Shown: positions 1 to 14,479, counted from the first letter of the stretch. The stretch is 64,000 bases of DNA from Eledone cirrhosa (GCA_964016885.1 OZ024741.1:4898001-4962000), one strand, 5' to 3'. Translations and numbers: made by a program. The notes: generated by a model not told the origin, from the sequence alone.

Positions 1-336
1 TGCTACGCCGTCCCTGAACAACAAATGCAAAATATAAAGCCATTAAAGGATGTGCAATGATAAATTCTATTTTGCTTTAAAATTTGAATGAAATCGGTGC
101 CAAAATGTGGGACCTAGAGCCAAAAATCTATTTTTCGATACCTAAAAAAAGGTGACCCCCACTATCGATTTTTATCTGCAGAATGACCCCGGAATAAAGA
201 AAAACATACGCTGATATATAGAAAACACTCCCCGATGACTAATCTATGAGCCTGTAAAGTTTCATGAAAATCGGTTGTAAGATGTAGGTCCCTATAGGTA
301 ATACACACACATACTTAATTTTATATATATACAGAT
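1..336. mobile_element. possible end of a non-autonomous Helitron/HINE-like DNA element
   Basis: Ends ...aaagtttcatgaaaatcggttg...acacacacatacttaattttatatatatacagat, resembling ends of microsatellite-bearing Helitron-like repeats. Resemblance only; no coding evidence. Confidence 0.25.
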
Positions 337-367
337 GTACATATATATATGTATATATATATATATC

Positions 368-615
368 AGTTATCCCAGTTTCCTAAGTTGCCTTCTTCTA
401 TAAAACATGCCGCTCAGTAACCGATGATGTTGATCTTTTCTTCTTTTCGGGTTATAGCTACTGTCGCTTAGAGAGTGGGATTGGCTCAGTGCACAGTCTT
501 TCTTCACTTTAAAAATATCTTCACGCACAGGCATTGCACGATAGAATTAATTAATTATTATTAATAATGGTATATCGTGCAATGGTCATACTCGATAACG
601 AGGGGGCAGCCTTCA
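368..615 (+). mobile_element. short SINE-like repeat related to 16253-16863
   Basis: Shares gatgttga..ttcttctttt..agagagtggga(t/c)tggct..cacaggcattgc and a 3' CTCG-N4-CGAG hairpin followed by ggcagcc with the element at 16253-16863. Confidence 0.5.
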
Positions 616-632
616 TATATATATATGTATAC

Positions 633-673
633 CTATGCAAGCGTGGAAGATGGACATTGAACGATGATGATGA
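633..673 (+). repeat. RTE-type 3' tail remnant
   Basis: atgcaagcgtggaagatggacattgaacgatgatgatg matches the tail of the RTE at 14083-14131. Confidence 0.6.
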
Positions 674-694
674 TATATATATATATATATATGT

Positions 695-1285
695 ATAACT
701 TTGATAACTTTCGGCCAATATTGGCCCAGGCCATGTCTAACTTAATAGCACCATCTGGCGAAGTCTTACAAATCAGTGTTTCGGCATCATGGCCCACTCG
801 AGCAGAGAGTTACTGTTTACGGAGGCATATCCAGGTGTAGGAGGCTTATCCGGGATTTCTTGAAGGAATTTATCCAAAGACTTCTTGAACTTGATGGGAT
901 CTGTCTCTGCTTTGATGTGTTTTGGTGTAATGTTAAAGAGTGCAGGGCCAATTGAGATGAAATAATTGTGCCGTATTGTTGTTATGAGATGCGAGTGAGA
1001 TTTTTGTTGTGGGTAGATAGCACGGGGCCCAAGCCTTGGGTGTACACTAAAGGTGATGCCAACATCATTTGGGCTAAGCTGATGGAATATTTTCCACATC
1101 ATACAGATAATGTAGCGCTCACAGCGACGTTGGAGAGAATAAAGTTTGAGATTTTCTAATCGACCCCAAAAGTCAAGGCCTGTCATGCCATCTATCTTTT
1201 TTGTAATTGACCTTTGGGGTGCTTCAACTTTCATGATACTTTGTTTCGTGTGGGGTGACCACAGTGCACAACAGTATTCAAGGTG
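695..1285 (-). mobile_element. 5'-truncated CR1-group LINE (ORF2 C-terminus and 3'UTR)
   Basis: The non-repetitive end of ORF 773..2290 reads [12 protein letters not shown]...[17 protein letters not shown]...[16 protein letters not shown], the typical post-RT region of CR1/L2-group ORF2. Confidence 0.8.
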
Positions 1286-2244
<959 letters not shown>

Positions 2245-3365
2245 GTTTTCTCTTTCTCTTAATTTCGAGTATATTTTTTTGACCGGCCACCTTCCTGGTG
2301 GCAAGGTTGTAAAAGAAAAGAAATTGTCATCCCTTGAATCGCAAGAATGTTTTGCAAATTTTGAAGGTGCCAGCTATCGCAGCCATTTGTAGACTATGAA
2401 TTAGGGAGCTGCGCTTTTTGTCCGCAAATCCAAGTTCAGTCATACTTTGGTCCAAGCGGGTTGGTATATAACCCGTAGGGTATATAACCCGTAGCACCAA
2501 TAATGATGGGTATGAAGCTAAAGGTGTATCTTGGATACTGGATTTGTAAACTCCTCATCAATGGTCCGTAGATGTCCTCCTTCTCCTGTATTTTTCTGAC
2601 AACGTTTACATCAAGTGGGCAGCTGATCTCCACAACAGAACACGTTTTCAATGTGTGGTCCCAAACTACAATATCAGGCCGGTTGTGCTTTAATTTGGTG
2701 GCAGTTTTTATTTTCAGGTTCCACCAGTATTTCTTAGTGCCATCTGTCTCAATATATTCTTCCTCGTTTGTTGTTAATTTTGTTTTCCGAAGTGCGTTCC
2801 AGATGGTTCTAGCTATCCCATCGTGTCTCATGGGGAGGTAGTAGCGAGATGACATTCTTTCGCAGCTGGCAACAATGTGGCTTACATCCTCGATCTTTGT
2901 TTTACATAGCCTACATTTATTGTCAGCTGCTGGCCCTCCTCTTTTGTGCAGCAGATATTTGGTAGGGAGTTCTTGTTCCTGTATTGCATAGAGATATCCC
3001 TCAAGTGTGATGTCATAAACTTGTCGGAACTCCATGCCAGGCTTTTTGAGTGGTTTATCCCCTCTATGGTCTGTGTTTTACGCCTCAAGTATCCATGCAC
3101 AACTTTTTCTGTAAATTGGTCAATTTTTTTATCTTGTTTGAACATTGAATAGGATCTTCCGATTTCTCTGGGTGAGAGATTTATATCAGGCTTTATTCCA
3201 TATCTCTCCTTCAGATCAGTCGCTATTCTAATGATATTTCTTTTTTCATGCTCATAAACCTGGGCAAGATGGTTGCCAACCTTTTTCCTCTGTTGAAGGT
3301 GTTGCTTCAGTGTTACTATCCGGGTCTCATATGTTGTTAATATTGATTTTAGACCCCGGCCACCA
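2245..3365 (-). mobile_element. 5'-truncated R4/Dong-type LINE with restriction-like endonuclease (frameshifted)
   Basis: CCHC knuckle [17 protein letters not shown] motif and RPDIVV..VVEISCP..KEDIY (PD-(D/E) RLE) in 2436..3035; upstream frame 2882..3145; GLKSI motif near 3350. Confidence 0.85.
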
Positions 3366-3377
3366 TGTATGTATGTA

Positions 3378-3413
<36 letters not shown>

Positions 3414-3539
3414 TGTATATATGTATGTATGTATGTATATATATATATATGTATGTATGTATATATATATATATGTATGTATGTATATATGTATGTATGT
3501 ATATATATATGTATGTATGTATATATATATATATGTATG

Positions 3540-3570
<31 letters not shown>

Positions 3571-3587
3571 ATATATATGTATGTATG

Positions 3588-3624
<37 letters not shown>

Positions 3625-3641
3625 GTATATATGTATGTATG

Positions 3642-3674
<33 letters not shown>

Positions 3675-3675
3675 G

Positions 3676-3708
<33 letters not shown>

Positions 3709-3723
3709 GTATATGTATGTATG

Positions 3724-3756
<33 letters not shown>

Positions 3757-3773
3757 GTATATATATATGTATG

Positions 3774-3808
<35 letters not shown>

Positions 3809-4303
3809 GTATATATATATGTATGTATATATGTATGTATGTATGTATATATATATGTATGTATATATGTATGTATGTATATATATATGTATGTATATAT
3901 GTATGTATGTATATATATATGTATGTATATATGTATGTATGTATGTATGTATATATGTCTATGTATGTATATATGTCTATGTATATATATATGTATGTAT
4001 ATATATATGTATGTATATATATATGTATGTATATATATATGTATGTATATATATATGTATGTATATATAAATGTATGTATATATATATGTATGTATATAT
4101 AAATGTATGTATATATATATGTATGTATATATAAATGTATGTATATATATATATATATATATGTATGTATATATATATGTATGTATATATATGTACGTAT
4201 GTATGTATGTATATATATGTATGTATGTATGCATATATATGTATATGTATGTATGCATATATATGTATATGTATATTTATATATGTATATATATATATAT
4301 GTA
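3366..4303. repeat. (TATG)n/(TA)n microsatellite
   Basis: Directly visible. Confidence 0.97.
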
Positions 4304-4585
4304 TGAAAGACGTAAATAAGAAAGTTATGAAAATTGACTTACTTACTAAAATTTCACTCCAACTAATTAGTTTCTGTAAGGGGATAAATATGGTTACGGA
4401 GCGTATAGAACCCCAAAGTTACTAAGACAAAACATATATATTTGCTAGCATAGGTATGCATCTGTATACATATGTTGGTAGATATACTAATTCTTTATAA
4501 TTCTTTATATATATATGTATGTATGTATATATATATGTATATATATATATGTATGTATGTATATATATATGTATATATATGTATG

Positions 4586-4620
<35 letters not shown>

Positions 4621-4622
<2 letters not shown>

Positions 4623-4676
4623 CATCATCATCATCATCACCGTTTTACGTCCGTTCTTCCACGCTAGCATGGGTTA
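4621..4676 (-). repeat. RTE-type 3' tail remnant
   Basis: Reverse complement of aacccatgctagcgtggaagaacggacgtaaaacggtgatgatg at 9049-9108. Confidence 0.75.
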
Positions 4677-4679
4677 TAC

Positions 4680-4745
<66 letters not shown>

Positions 4746-4766
4746 GTATATATGTATATATATATG

Positions 4767-4801
<35 letters not shown>

Positions 4802-4968
4802 ATGAATATGTATATATATATGTATATATATGTGTATATGTATATGTATATATGTGTATATGTATATATATATATGTATATATATGTATGTATATATATA
4901 TATATGTATATATATGTATGTATATATATGTGTGTATATATATATATATGTATATATATGTATGTATA

Positions 4969-5019
<51 letters not shown>

Positions 5020-5197
5020 GTATATATATATATATGTATATATATGTATATATATGTGAATATATATATGTATATATATATGTATATATATGTGTATATA
5101 TACGTATATATATGTATATATATATATATATATACATAAATATATATATATGTATATATATATATACATATATATATATATACATAAATATATATAT

Positions 5198-5232
<35 letters not shown>

Positions 5233-5320
5233 CATAAATATATATATATATGTATATATATATATACATATATATATGTATATATACATATGTATATATG
5301 TATATATGTATATGTATATG

Positions 5321-5367
<47 letters not shown>

Positions 5368-5371
5368 TTAC

Positions 5372-5422
<51 letters not shown>

Positions 5423-5446
5423 CATATATATATATATACATATATA

Positions 5447-6140
5447 GGGATGAAGAAAAAACACACACAGATACTTCTAAATTGTCAGCAGCAGCAAGAC
5501 ATAAGCTGACCACAACACCAACAACACTACAGAAATAATGGTAGAGGTCAAATGTATTTAACAATAGCAAACACAAACACTACAGGGAGCCTCACCCCAG
5601 AAAGAATTTCTATAGACTTCTGACTGAGGAATGCTCTCAACACTGACCAATGGGAAGTTTGACATTTTTTTGTTATTTTGTTCCTTTACCACCTTGTTCC
5701 TTCTACCACTTTATCAATTTTTTAAGCTAACTCCAACAATAACAACACTACCAACACAAGAATTGAGGTCAGATGTACCTAACAATAACAAGAACAACAA
5801 CTACAGATTGGCTTGCCTCAGAAAGAACTTCTATAGTCTTTTGAATGAGGAATGTTCTAACAACTGACCAATGAGAGGAGAAGAGGCCCTTTGACACTGA
5901 AATTCGTTTGTTTGAATTCATGATTCCAGTTCCTCAGTGAAATAACGACCCAACCAGGAACTGGGCATATAAAGAGTATTGACAAAATTATACAGCTCAA
6001 CAACATATGTACTTGTCTATACCACACTAATTTGGACTGCCTGAAGAGGTCACAGCCAAAGATGGCTGTCACCGAAATATATATAGCAGTAATAAACGAA
6101 GCTAAATTTTAAACATTTGACTTTTTATTTTACTTTATTT
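5447..6140 (+). mobile_element. solo PLE pseudo-LTR-like repeat
   Basis: Two ctgaccaatg (CCAAT) sub-repeats, a catataaa TATA-like site near 5966, an HHR, then AATAAA at 6091; flanked by (TA)n. Confidence 0.6.
6036..6090 (+). ncRNA. type I hammerhead ribozyme
   Basis: ACTGC-CTGAAGA-GGTcACAGCCA aaga TGGCTGTcACC-GAAA-TATATA-TA-GCAGT: perfect stem I, long stem II, palindromic minimal stem III. Confidence 0.88.
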
Positions 6141-6177
<37 letters not shown>

Positions 6178-6195
6178 GTATATATATATATATAT

Positions 6196-6227
<32 letters not shown>

Positions 6228-6239
6228 ATATATATATAT

Positions 6240-6271
<32 letters not shown>

Positions 6272-6299
6272 ATATATATATATGTATATATATATATAT

Positions 6300-6351
<52 letters not shown>

Positions 6352-6358
6352 GTATATG

Positions 6359-6389
<31 letters not shown>

Positions 6390-6394
6390 GTATG

Positions 6395-6451
<57 letters not shown>

Positions 6452-6472
6452 ATATATATATATATATGTATG

Positions 6473-6524
<52 letters not shown>

Positions 6525-6525
6525 T

Positions 6526-8262
6526 CATCATCATCATCAACATTTAACGTCCGTGTTCCACGCTTGCATGGGTTTGGACGGGGGTATTCCCACTTGAGGC
6601 AAGAGTGATTGTTTTGCTCGCATAGGACTGTCTGGCAGGTTTTCTACAGTTGGATGCCCTTCCTAACACCAACCACATTTACAGTGTGGGTCTGGGAGGT
6701 TTTTACCGTGTTGCCTACACGGCCACATTACAGCGTGGACTGTGTGTTTTTTTGTCGTGACACCTACACGATCTCATTTGTTTCGGCCTGGATGGCGTGG
6801 CACCGACATAACTTTACATAGAAGGGGGTGGTGGGACGGGGTGTATTTTGTTAGAGATGCCTACTGGCTGGAGTAAGTTTTACTATATATTTAGGTAAGG
6901 CGGGTCTTCTCTGTTACTGAGTACCGCCAAAGGTCTCGGTCCAGTGACATTGTCTTGGAGAGGTGTAAGTGTGTGAGGTCGGAGTTTATCAGCTCGTCCC
7001 AGGTTTTTCTAGGTCTGCCTATTCCGTGGCTACCGTCTATCTTTATTGCCCTGCACTTTGTTATACAGCTATCGACTTTCATGCGCATCACGTGTCCATA
7101 CCAACGTAGCCTTCTCTCGAGTAAACAACATCTGATCCCTCTTATTTCTAATTTTTTCCTTAGTTCGTTTATGCTTTGCCGTTCACGTATATTACTGTTA
7201 CACATCCAGCGGAGCATGCAAGCTTCCTTCCTCTCTAGTCTGCGTATATCCTCTGCACACAATGCCCAGGTCTCACTGCCATGCAACATTGCTGTTCGTA
7301 TGCAGGCATCATACAACCTGCCTTTCATTTTTAGGGAGAACCCTTTAGCAGCTAATAGTGGTATAAGCTCTCTGAACTTTTTCCATCCAGTTCTGACTCT
7401 AGCTACTGTACTTTCTGAGCACCCTCCCCCACTGCTGATTTTGTCACCCAGGTAACGGAAGCTGTCCACTATTTCTATAGAGCCCTCTGCGCAGTTGTAA
7501 GAGCTAGTATTTGTGGGCACTTGCTGCTACTTATTGCACCAGAGCACCGGCCACATGTAAAATCTATTTTCTTAGTTAGCTTACCTGTGATCCCACTACA
7601 TCTTTTATGCACCCATACTTTGCATTTGGGACATAAAATGGAGTTTCTACCTACGCCTTTCCTACACACTGAGCATGGCCATTTCCCAGAAGGGACCGCC
7701 GCCTTATTTTCTTTCCTACAAACTAGAACTTTAGTCTTAGCCAGGTTAATTTTAAGTCCTTTTGATTCTAGGCCATGCTTCCATGTTTGGAATTTCTTCT
7801 CTAGCTCGGCCATTGATTCAGCTATGAGTGTCAGGTCGTCTGCGTATAGGAGTTCCCATGGGCAGCCGGTCTTGAACTCCTCTGTTATAGCCTGAACGGC
7901 AATAATAAATAGTAGGGGGCTGAGAATAGAGCCCTGATGGACGCCATCTTTTACGCTAAACTCTTCACTATGTTCGTTGTTAATTCTAACCTTGCTGACT
8001 GTTTCTTTATACATGGCTTGTATAGCCCTCACAAGCCATTCATTAACACCTGGTTTTCTAAGAGCCCACCAGATAATGGAGCGGGGGACTCTGTCGAAGG
8101 CTTTCTCCAAGTCGACAAAAGCTAAGTAGAGGGGTTTACTTTTAGCTAGGTACTTCTCCTGTAGTTGTCGTACAATGAAAAGAGCGTCTGTGGTACTTTT
8201 GCCTGACACAAACCCGAACTGCATTTCATCTAGGTCAATTCTCTCTCTGATTAGTTGCGCTA
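6526..8262 (-). mobile_element. 5'-truncated RTE-clade LINE
   Basis: RT motifs QFGF, FVDLEKAFD, GVHQGS.LSP, YADD, FRYLG and RPRKTW; one frameshift near 7510; 3'UTR and (GAT)n tail; near-identical to 12369-14131. Confidence 0.93.
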
Positions 8263-8290
8263 TTTATGTATATATATATATATATATCTG

Positions 8291-8377
<87 letters not shown>

Positions 8378-8422
8378 ATATATATATATATATGTATGTA
8401 TATATATATATATATATGTATG

Positions 8423-8463
<41 letters not shown>

Positions 8464-8468
8464 GTATG

Positions 8469-8528
<60 letters not shown>

Positions 8529-8730
8529 TGTATGTATATATATATATATGTATGTATATATATAAATGTATATATATGTATGTATATATATATATATATG
8601 TATGTATATATATATATATATGTATGTATATATATATATATGTATGTATGTATATATGTATGTATGTATATATATAAATGTATATATATATATGTATGTA
8701 TGTATATATATAAATGTATATAAATGTATA

Positions 8731-9108
8731 TGACACACGACCGTGACTTCTGGCGTCACGCAGTAATACATGGTACCCGACCTATCATGGGTACATGCTG
8801 AAGCATATAAACAATATGCCCCCCCCCCCCCACCGCAAGGTGGCCGTGGAGGTGCCACGGCAAAAAAGCACCCAGCCCACACTGTAAAGTGGACGTGTAG
8901 GCGCCACGAAAAAGCACCCAGCACTCACTGTAAATGAGGTTGGTGTTAGGAAGGGCATCCAGCTGTAGAAATCAAGCCAGATCAGTTCCTGTATGAGCAA
9001 GGCATGGTCAGCCGACCAGACACTGCCCACAACAGGACAACCCGTCTAACCCATGCTAGCGTGGAAGAACGGACGTAAAACGGTGATGATGATGATGGTG
9101 ATGATGAT
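8731..9108 (+). mobile_element. 3' end of a second RTE subfamily or RTE-tailed SINE
   Basis: Starts with a DRDFWR-like coding end; contains ttggtgttaggaagggcatccagctgtagaaa and the (GAT)n tail shared with the RTE. Confidence 0.75.
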
Positions 9109-9258
9109 ATACGTATGTATGTATATATATATACGTATGTATATGTATGTATATATATATATATAAATGTATATATATGTATGTATATATATATATATAT
9201 ATGTATGTATATATATAAATGTATATATATATATGTATGTATGTATATATATATGTAT

Positions 9259-9995
9259 TATCTCACCTCTTCCGACCAATCTCTTCACGGATTACACATA
9301 TGTTCACCTCGATCCCTAGAATCCGCCACATCCCAAGGATATTACCCAGCATTCCACCACATTGTCTACGGAATTACCTTAAGGACTTACCCACGGACAT
9401 ACAGCCAAAAAAATTTTTTTTCGGACACGCCACCTACATCCACAACACGCATAAACACCACACACACACGTGCGTACCACCACATATTTACACATTCAGC
9501 CTCCGGAATCCTCTCCCCCCACCCCTCTATCCACACACACACACACTCCGACCTACACCCCACCCACACACACCTCTTCCTGAACATGCAACCCCGTTCT
9601 TCCCCCAACTCTTACTTTCACATACACACACACACACACACCACCTTCAGCCTTTCCCCGCTCGGACACCCCGCCTCCCTCTCCCCACTCCACCCGCAAC
9701 CACCCCTACACGCCCCACACCCTTCCACCACCTGTTTTACTTCATGTGTATTTTTATTTTTATCATGCCTTATTTAATTTCATTTGTACCGTTTCCTCTC
9801 ACCCCCCTTTTTTCTATATGTCTCTCCACCACTCCCCTACACACCCTTGGAACTCTCTTCCCACACACTTTTCACCTGAAGAAGGGCTTATGCCCGAAAC
9901 GTCGTTCCCCACCACCACCCCACTCTCAAGAGCGTGAAACTAATAAACCTTTGTTCGTACTGCCTCTCTGTTCTGTTCCCGTTCAATTTTTTACT
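9259..9995 (+). mobile_element. PLE 3'UTR/pLTR fragment (family of 52098-53872)
   Basis: Strong similarity to the reverse complement of 52100-52750; HHR core at 9876 and AATAAA at 9942. Confidence 0.8.
9870..9939 (+). ncRNA. hammerhead-like motif with interrupted stem I
   Basis: tttcac-CTGAAGA-a-GGGC ttat GCCC-GAAACGTC-gt...~28 nt...gtgaaa. Confidence 0.6.
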
Positions 9996-9996
9996 A

Positions 9997-10040
<44 letters not shown>

Positions 10041-10048
10041 AATATATG

Positions 10049-10082
<34 letters not shown>

Positions 10083-10084
10083 AA

Positions 10085-10208
<124 letters not shown>

Positions 10209-10216
10209 AATATATG

Positions 10217-10281
<65 letters not shown>

Positions 10282-10300
10282 GTATATATATAAATATATG

Positions 10301-10334
<34 letters not shown>

Positions 10335-10336
10335 AA

Positions 10337-10409
<73 letters not shown>

Positions 10410-10414
10410 GTATA

Positions 10415-10620
10415 TATTTATTAAAATAACAGATTAAAGTTTAAGCAAAGAATCGCTGCTTTCACCCTTAACGGGATCTTCTGTTAGTTTCAGAAGATCC
10501 CGTTAAGGGTGAAAGCAGCGATTCTTTGCTTAAACTTTAATCTGTTATTTTAATAAATATTTGCTCTACGGTTCTTATATATTTGATATATATTTTCCTT
10601 ATCGAGCCCTCTTTGGATTT
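10415..10620. repeat. fold-back insertion (~68-bp inverted arms, centre ~10487) with degenerate HHR
   Basis: atatttattaaaataacag...gggatcttctg ttagttt cagaagatccc...ctgttattttaataaatat; cAgaaga-tccc gttaa gggt-GAAA resembles an HHR core. Confidence 0.8.
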
Positions 10621-10651
10621 TAGTCTTCATTTTTATTATTATTACTATACA

Positions 10652-10719
<68 letters not shown>

Positions 10720-10799
10720 TACGTATATATATGTATATATATATATATATACGTATATATATGTATATATGTATATATGTATATATATGTATATATATG

Positions 10800-10834
<35 letters not shown>

Positions 10835-10905
10835 GTATATATATGTATATATATATATATATACGTATATATATGTATATATATATATATATACGTATAT
10901 ATATG

Positions 10906-10936
<31 letters not shown>

Positions 10937-10949
10937 GTATATATATATG

Positions 10950-10982
<33 letters not shown>

Positions 10983-11491
10983 GTATATATATGTATATAT
11001 ATATATATGTATATATATATGTATATATATATATGTATATATATATATGTATATATATATGTATATATATATATATATGTATATATATGTATATATATAT
11101 GTATATATATATATATATGTATATATATGTATATATATATGTATATATATATATATATGTATATATATGTATATATATATGTATATATATATATGTATAT
11201 ATATGTATATATATATGTATATATGTATATATATGTATATATATGTATATATATATGTATATATATGTATATATATGTATAGATATATGTATATATATGT
11301 ATATATATGTATAGATATATATATATATATGTATATATATGTATAGATATATATATATATATGTATATATATGTATAGATATATGTATATATATATGTAT
11401 ATATATGTATATATATATGTATATATATATATATGTATATATATATGTATATATATATATATATATATGTATGTATATATATATATGTATG

Positions 11492-11578
<87 letters not shown>

Positions 11579-11596
11579 GTATATGTATATATATAA

Positions 11597-14131
11597 CAGT
11601 GGGAATTCCTGAAAGCAAACCTGCTGATGGCAGCAGACGAAGTCTGTGGCTGGAGCAGGCCTGTAGGCTGGAGGAGAGTAACATGGTGGTGGAACAGTAA
11701 GGTGGAGGGGTCAATCAAGGCCAAAAAGCAGGCTTGGAAAGCATGGCGGGATGGGGGAAGTAGAGAAGACTATCAAGTGGCCAGGAGAGAAGCTAGGAGA
11801 CAAGTGTACTTCGCAAGAAGGGAAGCGGAGGAAAGAAAGTTCAAGCATGTTCTATAACGCGAAGACCAAAATCGTGATGTGTTCAGGATTGCTAGGCAAT
11901 GTGTCAAGGAAAACCGTGATATTGTCGGGGAGAAGTGTGTCCTTAACGATGATGGCGTACTTGCCCTCACTGACGCTGATAAGAAGGTAACTTGGAAGTG
12001 TCACTACGAAAGGCTACTAAATGAGGAGAATAAATGGGAGAAAGACAGTCTCCCCCACATCGACCCAATAGAGGGACCAGCAGTGTTACTCGAAGGTAGT
12101 ATAAGTAAGGCAATCAAAGATATGAAGAGGGGTAAGGCGGCTGGGCCTTCGGAAATAGTTGCTGAGATGCTGAAAGCCTCTGGTACGGTGGGACACACCA
12201 TGGTCACCCGGATAGTAAACCAAGTCATACAGAATGGGGTTGTTCCGAAGGACTGGCGTAGCAGCATCATCGTTAACTGTTACAAGGGTAAAGGAGACGC
12301 CCTAGATAGGAGTAACTATAGAGGCATTAAATTAATCGACCAGGTCATGAAGGTCACGGAAAAAGTAATAGCGCAACTAATCAGAGAGAGAATTGATCTA
12401 GATGAAATGCAGTTCGGGTTTGTGTCAGGCAAAAGTACCACAGACGCTCTTTTCATTGTACGACAACTACAGGAGAAGTACCTAGCTAAAAGTAAACCCC
12501 TATACGTAGCTTTTGTCGCCTTGGAGAAAGCCTTCGACAGAGTCCCCCGTTCCATTATCTGGTGGGCTCTTAGAAAACTAGGTGTTGACGAATGGCTTGT
12601 GAGAGCGATACAAGCCATGTATAAAGAAACAGTCAGCAAGGTTAGAATTAACAACGAACATAGTGAAGAGTTTAGCGTAAAAGTTGGCGTCCATCAGGGC
12701 TCTGTTCTCAGCCCCCTACTATTTATTATTGCCCTTCAGGCTATAACAGAGGAGTTCAAGACCGGCTGCCCATGGGAACTCCTATACGCAGACGACCTGA
12801 CACTCATAGCTGAATCAATGGCCGAGCTAGAGAAGAAATTCCAAACATGGAAGCATGGCCTACAATCAAAAGGACTTAAAATTAACCTGGCTAAGACTAA
12901 AGTTCTAGTTTGTAGGAAAGAAGATAAGGCGGCGGTCCCTTCTGGAAAATGGCCATGCTCAGTGTGTAGGAAAGGCGTAGGTAGAAACTCCATTTTATGT
13001 CCCAAATGCAAAGTATGGGTGCATAAAAGATGTAGTGGGATCACAGGTAAGCTAACTAAGAAAATAGATTTTACATGTGGCCGGTGCTCTGGTGCAATAA
13101 GTAGCCGCAAGTGCCCACAAAATACTAGCTCTTTCAATTGCGCAGAGGGTTCTATATAAATAGTGGACAGCTTCCGTTACCTGGGTGACAAAATCAGCAG
13201 TGCGGGAGGGTGCTCTGAAAGTACAGTAGCTAGAGTCAGAACTGGATGGAAAAAGTTCAGAGAGCTTATACCACTATTAGCCGCTAAAGGGTTCTCCTTA
13301 AAAATGAAAGGCAGGTTGTATGATGCCTGCATACGAACAGCAATGTTGCATGGCAGTGAAACCTGGGCATTGTGTGCAGAGGATATACGCAGACTAGAGA
13401 GGAAGGAAGCTTGAATGCTCCGCTGGATGTGTAATAGTAATATACGTGAACGGCAAAGCATAAACGAACTAAAGAAAAAATTAGAAATAAGAGGGATCAG
13501 ATGTTGTTTACTCGAGAGAAGGCTACGTTGGTATGGTCACGTGATGCGCATGAAAGACGACAGCTGTATAACAAAGTGCAGGGCAATAAAGATAGATGGT
13601 AGCCACGGAGTAGGCAGACCCAGAAAAACCTGGGACGAGCTGATAAATTCCGACCTCACACACTTACACCTCTCCAAGACAATGTCACTGGACCGAGACC
13701 TTTGGCGGTACTCAGTAACAGAGAAGACCCGCCTTACCTAAATACAAAGTAAAACCTACTACAGTCAGGAGGCATCTCTAACAAAATACACCCCCGTCCC
13801 ACCACCCCCTCCCCATGCACACCGCCCCTTTCAATGCAAAGTTATGTTGGTGCCACAACATCCAGGCCGAAACAAATGAGATCGTGTAGGTGTCACGGCA
13901 AAAAAACACACAGTCCACTCTGTAATGTGGCCGTGTAGGTAACACGGTAAAAACCTCCCAGCTCCACACTGTAAATGTGGTTGGTGTTAGGAAGGGCATC
14001 CAGCTGTAGAAAACCCGCCAGACAGTCCTATGCGAGCAAGACAACCACTCTTGCCTCAAGTGGGAAAACCCCCGTCCAAACCCATGCAAGCGTGGAACAT
14101 GGACGTTAAACAATGATGATGATGATGATGA
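11597..14131 (+). mobile_element. 5'-truncated RTE-clade LINE
   Basis: TWWWN, YKGKGD..SNYRGIKL and all RT motifs; 3'UTR; (GAT)n tail; inserted in (TA)n. Confidence 0.95.
11627..13741 (+). pseudogene. RTE reverse transcriptase ORF with three in-frame stops
   Basis: ORFs 11627, 11879, 13163 and 13415 share one frame, broken by stops at 11855, 13157 and 13412; the motif-A Asp is changed (FVALEK versus FVDLEK in the other copy). Confidence 0.9.
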
Positions 14132-14178
14132 TATATGTATATATATATATGTATATATATATGTATATGTATATGTAT

Positions 14179-14254
<76 letters not shown>

Positions 14255-14257
14255 GTA

Positions 14258-14478
14258 TTAGAAAGTGAGGGTTTTTTTACAAAATGAAAAATAACCGAGG
14301 TGTCCTATACGAGTGAGAGTATAAAGATGTGAGAAAAACCACAGACCCTCCATCTCAACTCACCTTTTGAAAAGCAGAAGAACTGCGAAACCGGTAAAGG
14401 AACCAAATAAATATATATATTTTTTTAAAAAATAAGACTCCAGTTGCATTTTCGATTTCATCTCTTTTTCTTTATATA
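14258..14478. mobile_element. short inverted pLTR insertion of the Neptune-type family
   Basis: 14258-14325 matches 59466-59533 directly; 14327-14475 is the reverse complement of 59535-59680 and 48172-48345. Confidence 0.85.
14363..14400 (+). ncRNA. variant hammerhead (U3-A8 core)
   Basis: CCTT-TTGAAAA-GCAG aagaa CTGC-GAAA-CCGG-TA-AAGG. Confidence 0.75.
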
Positions 14479-14479
14479 A

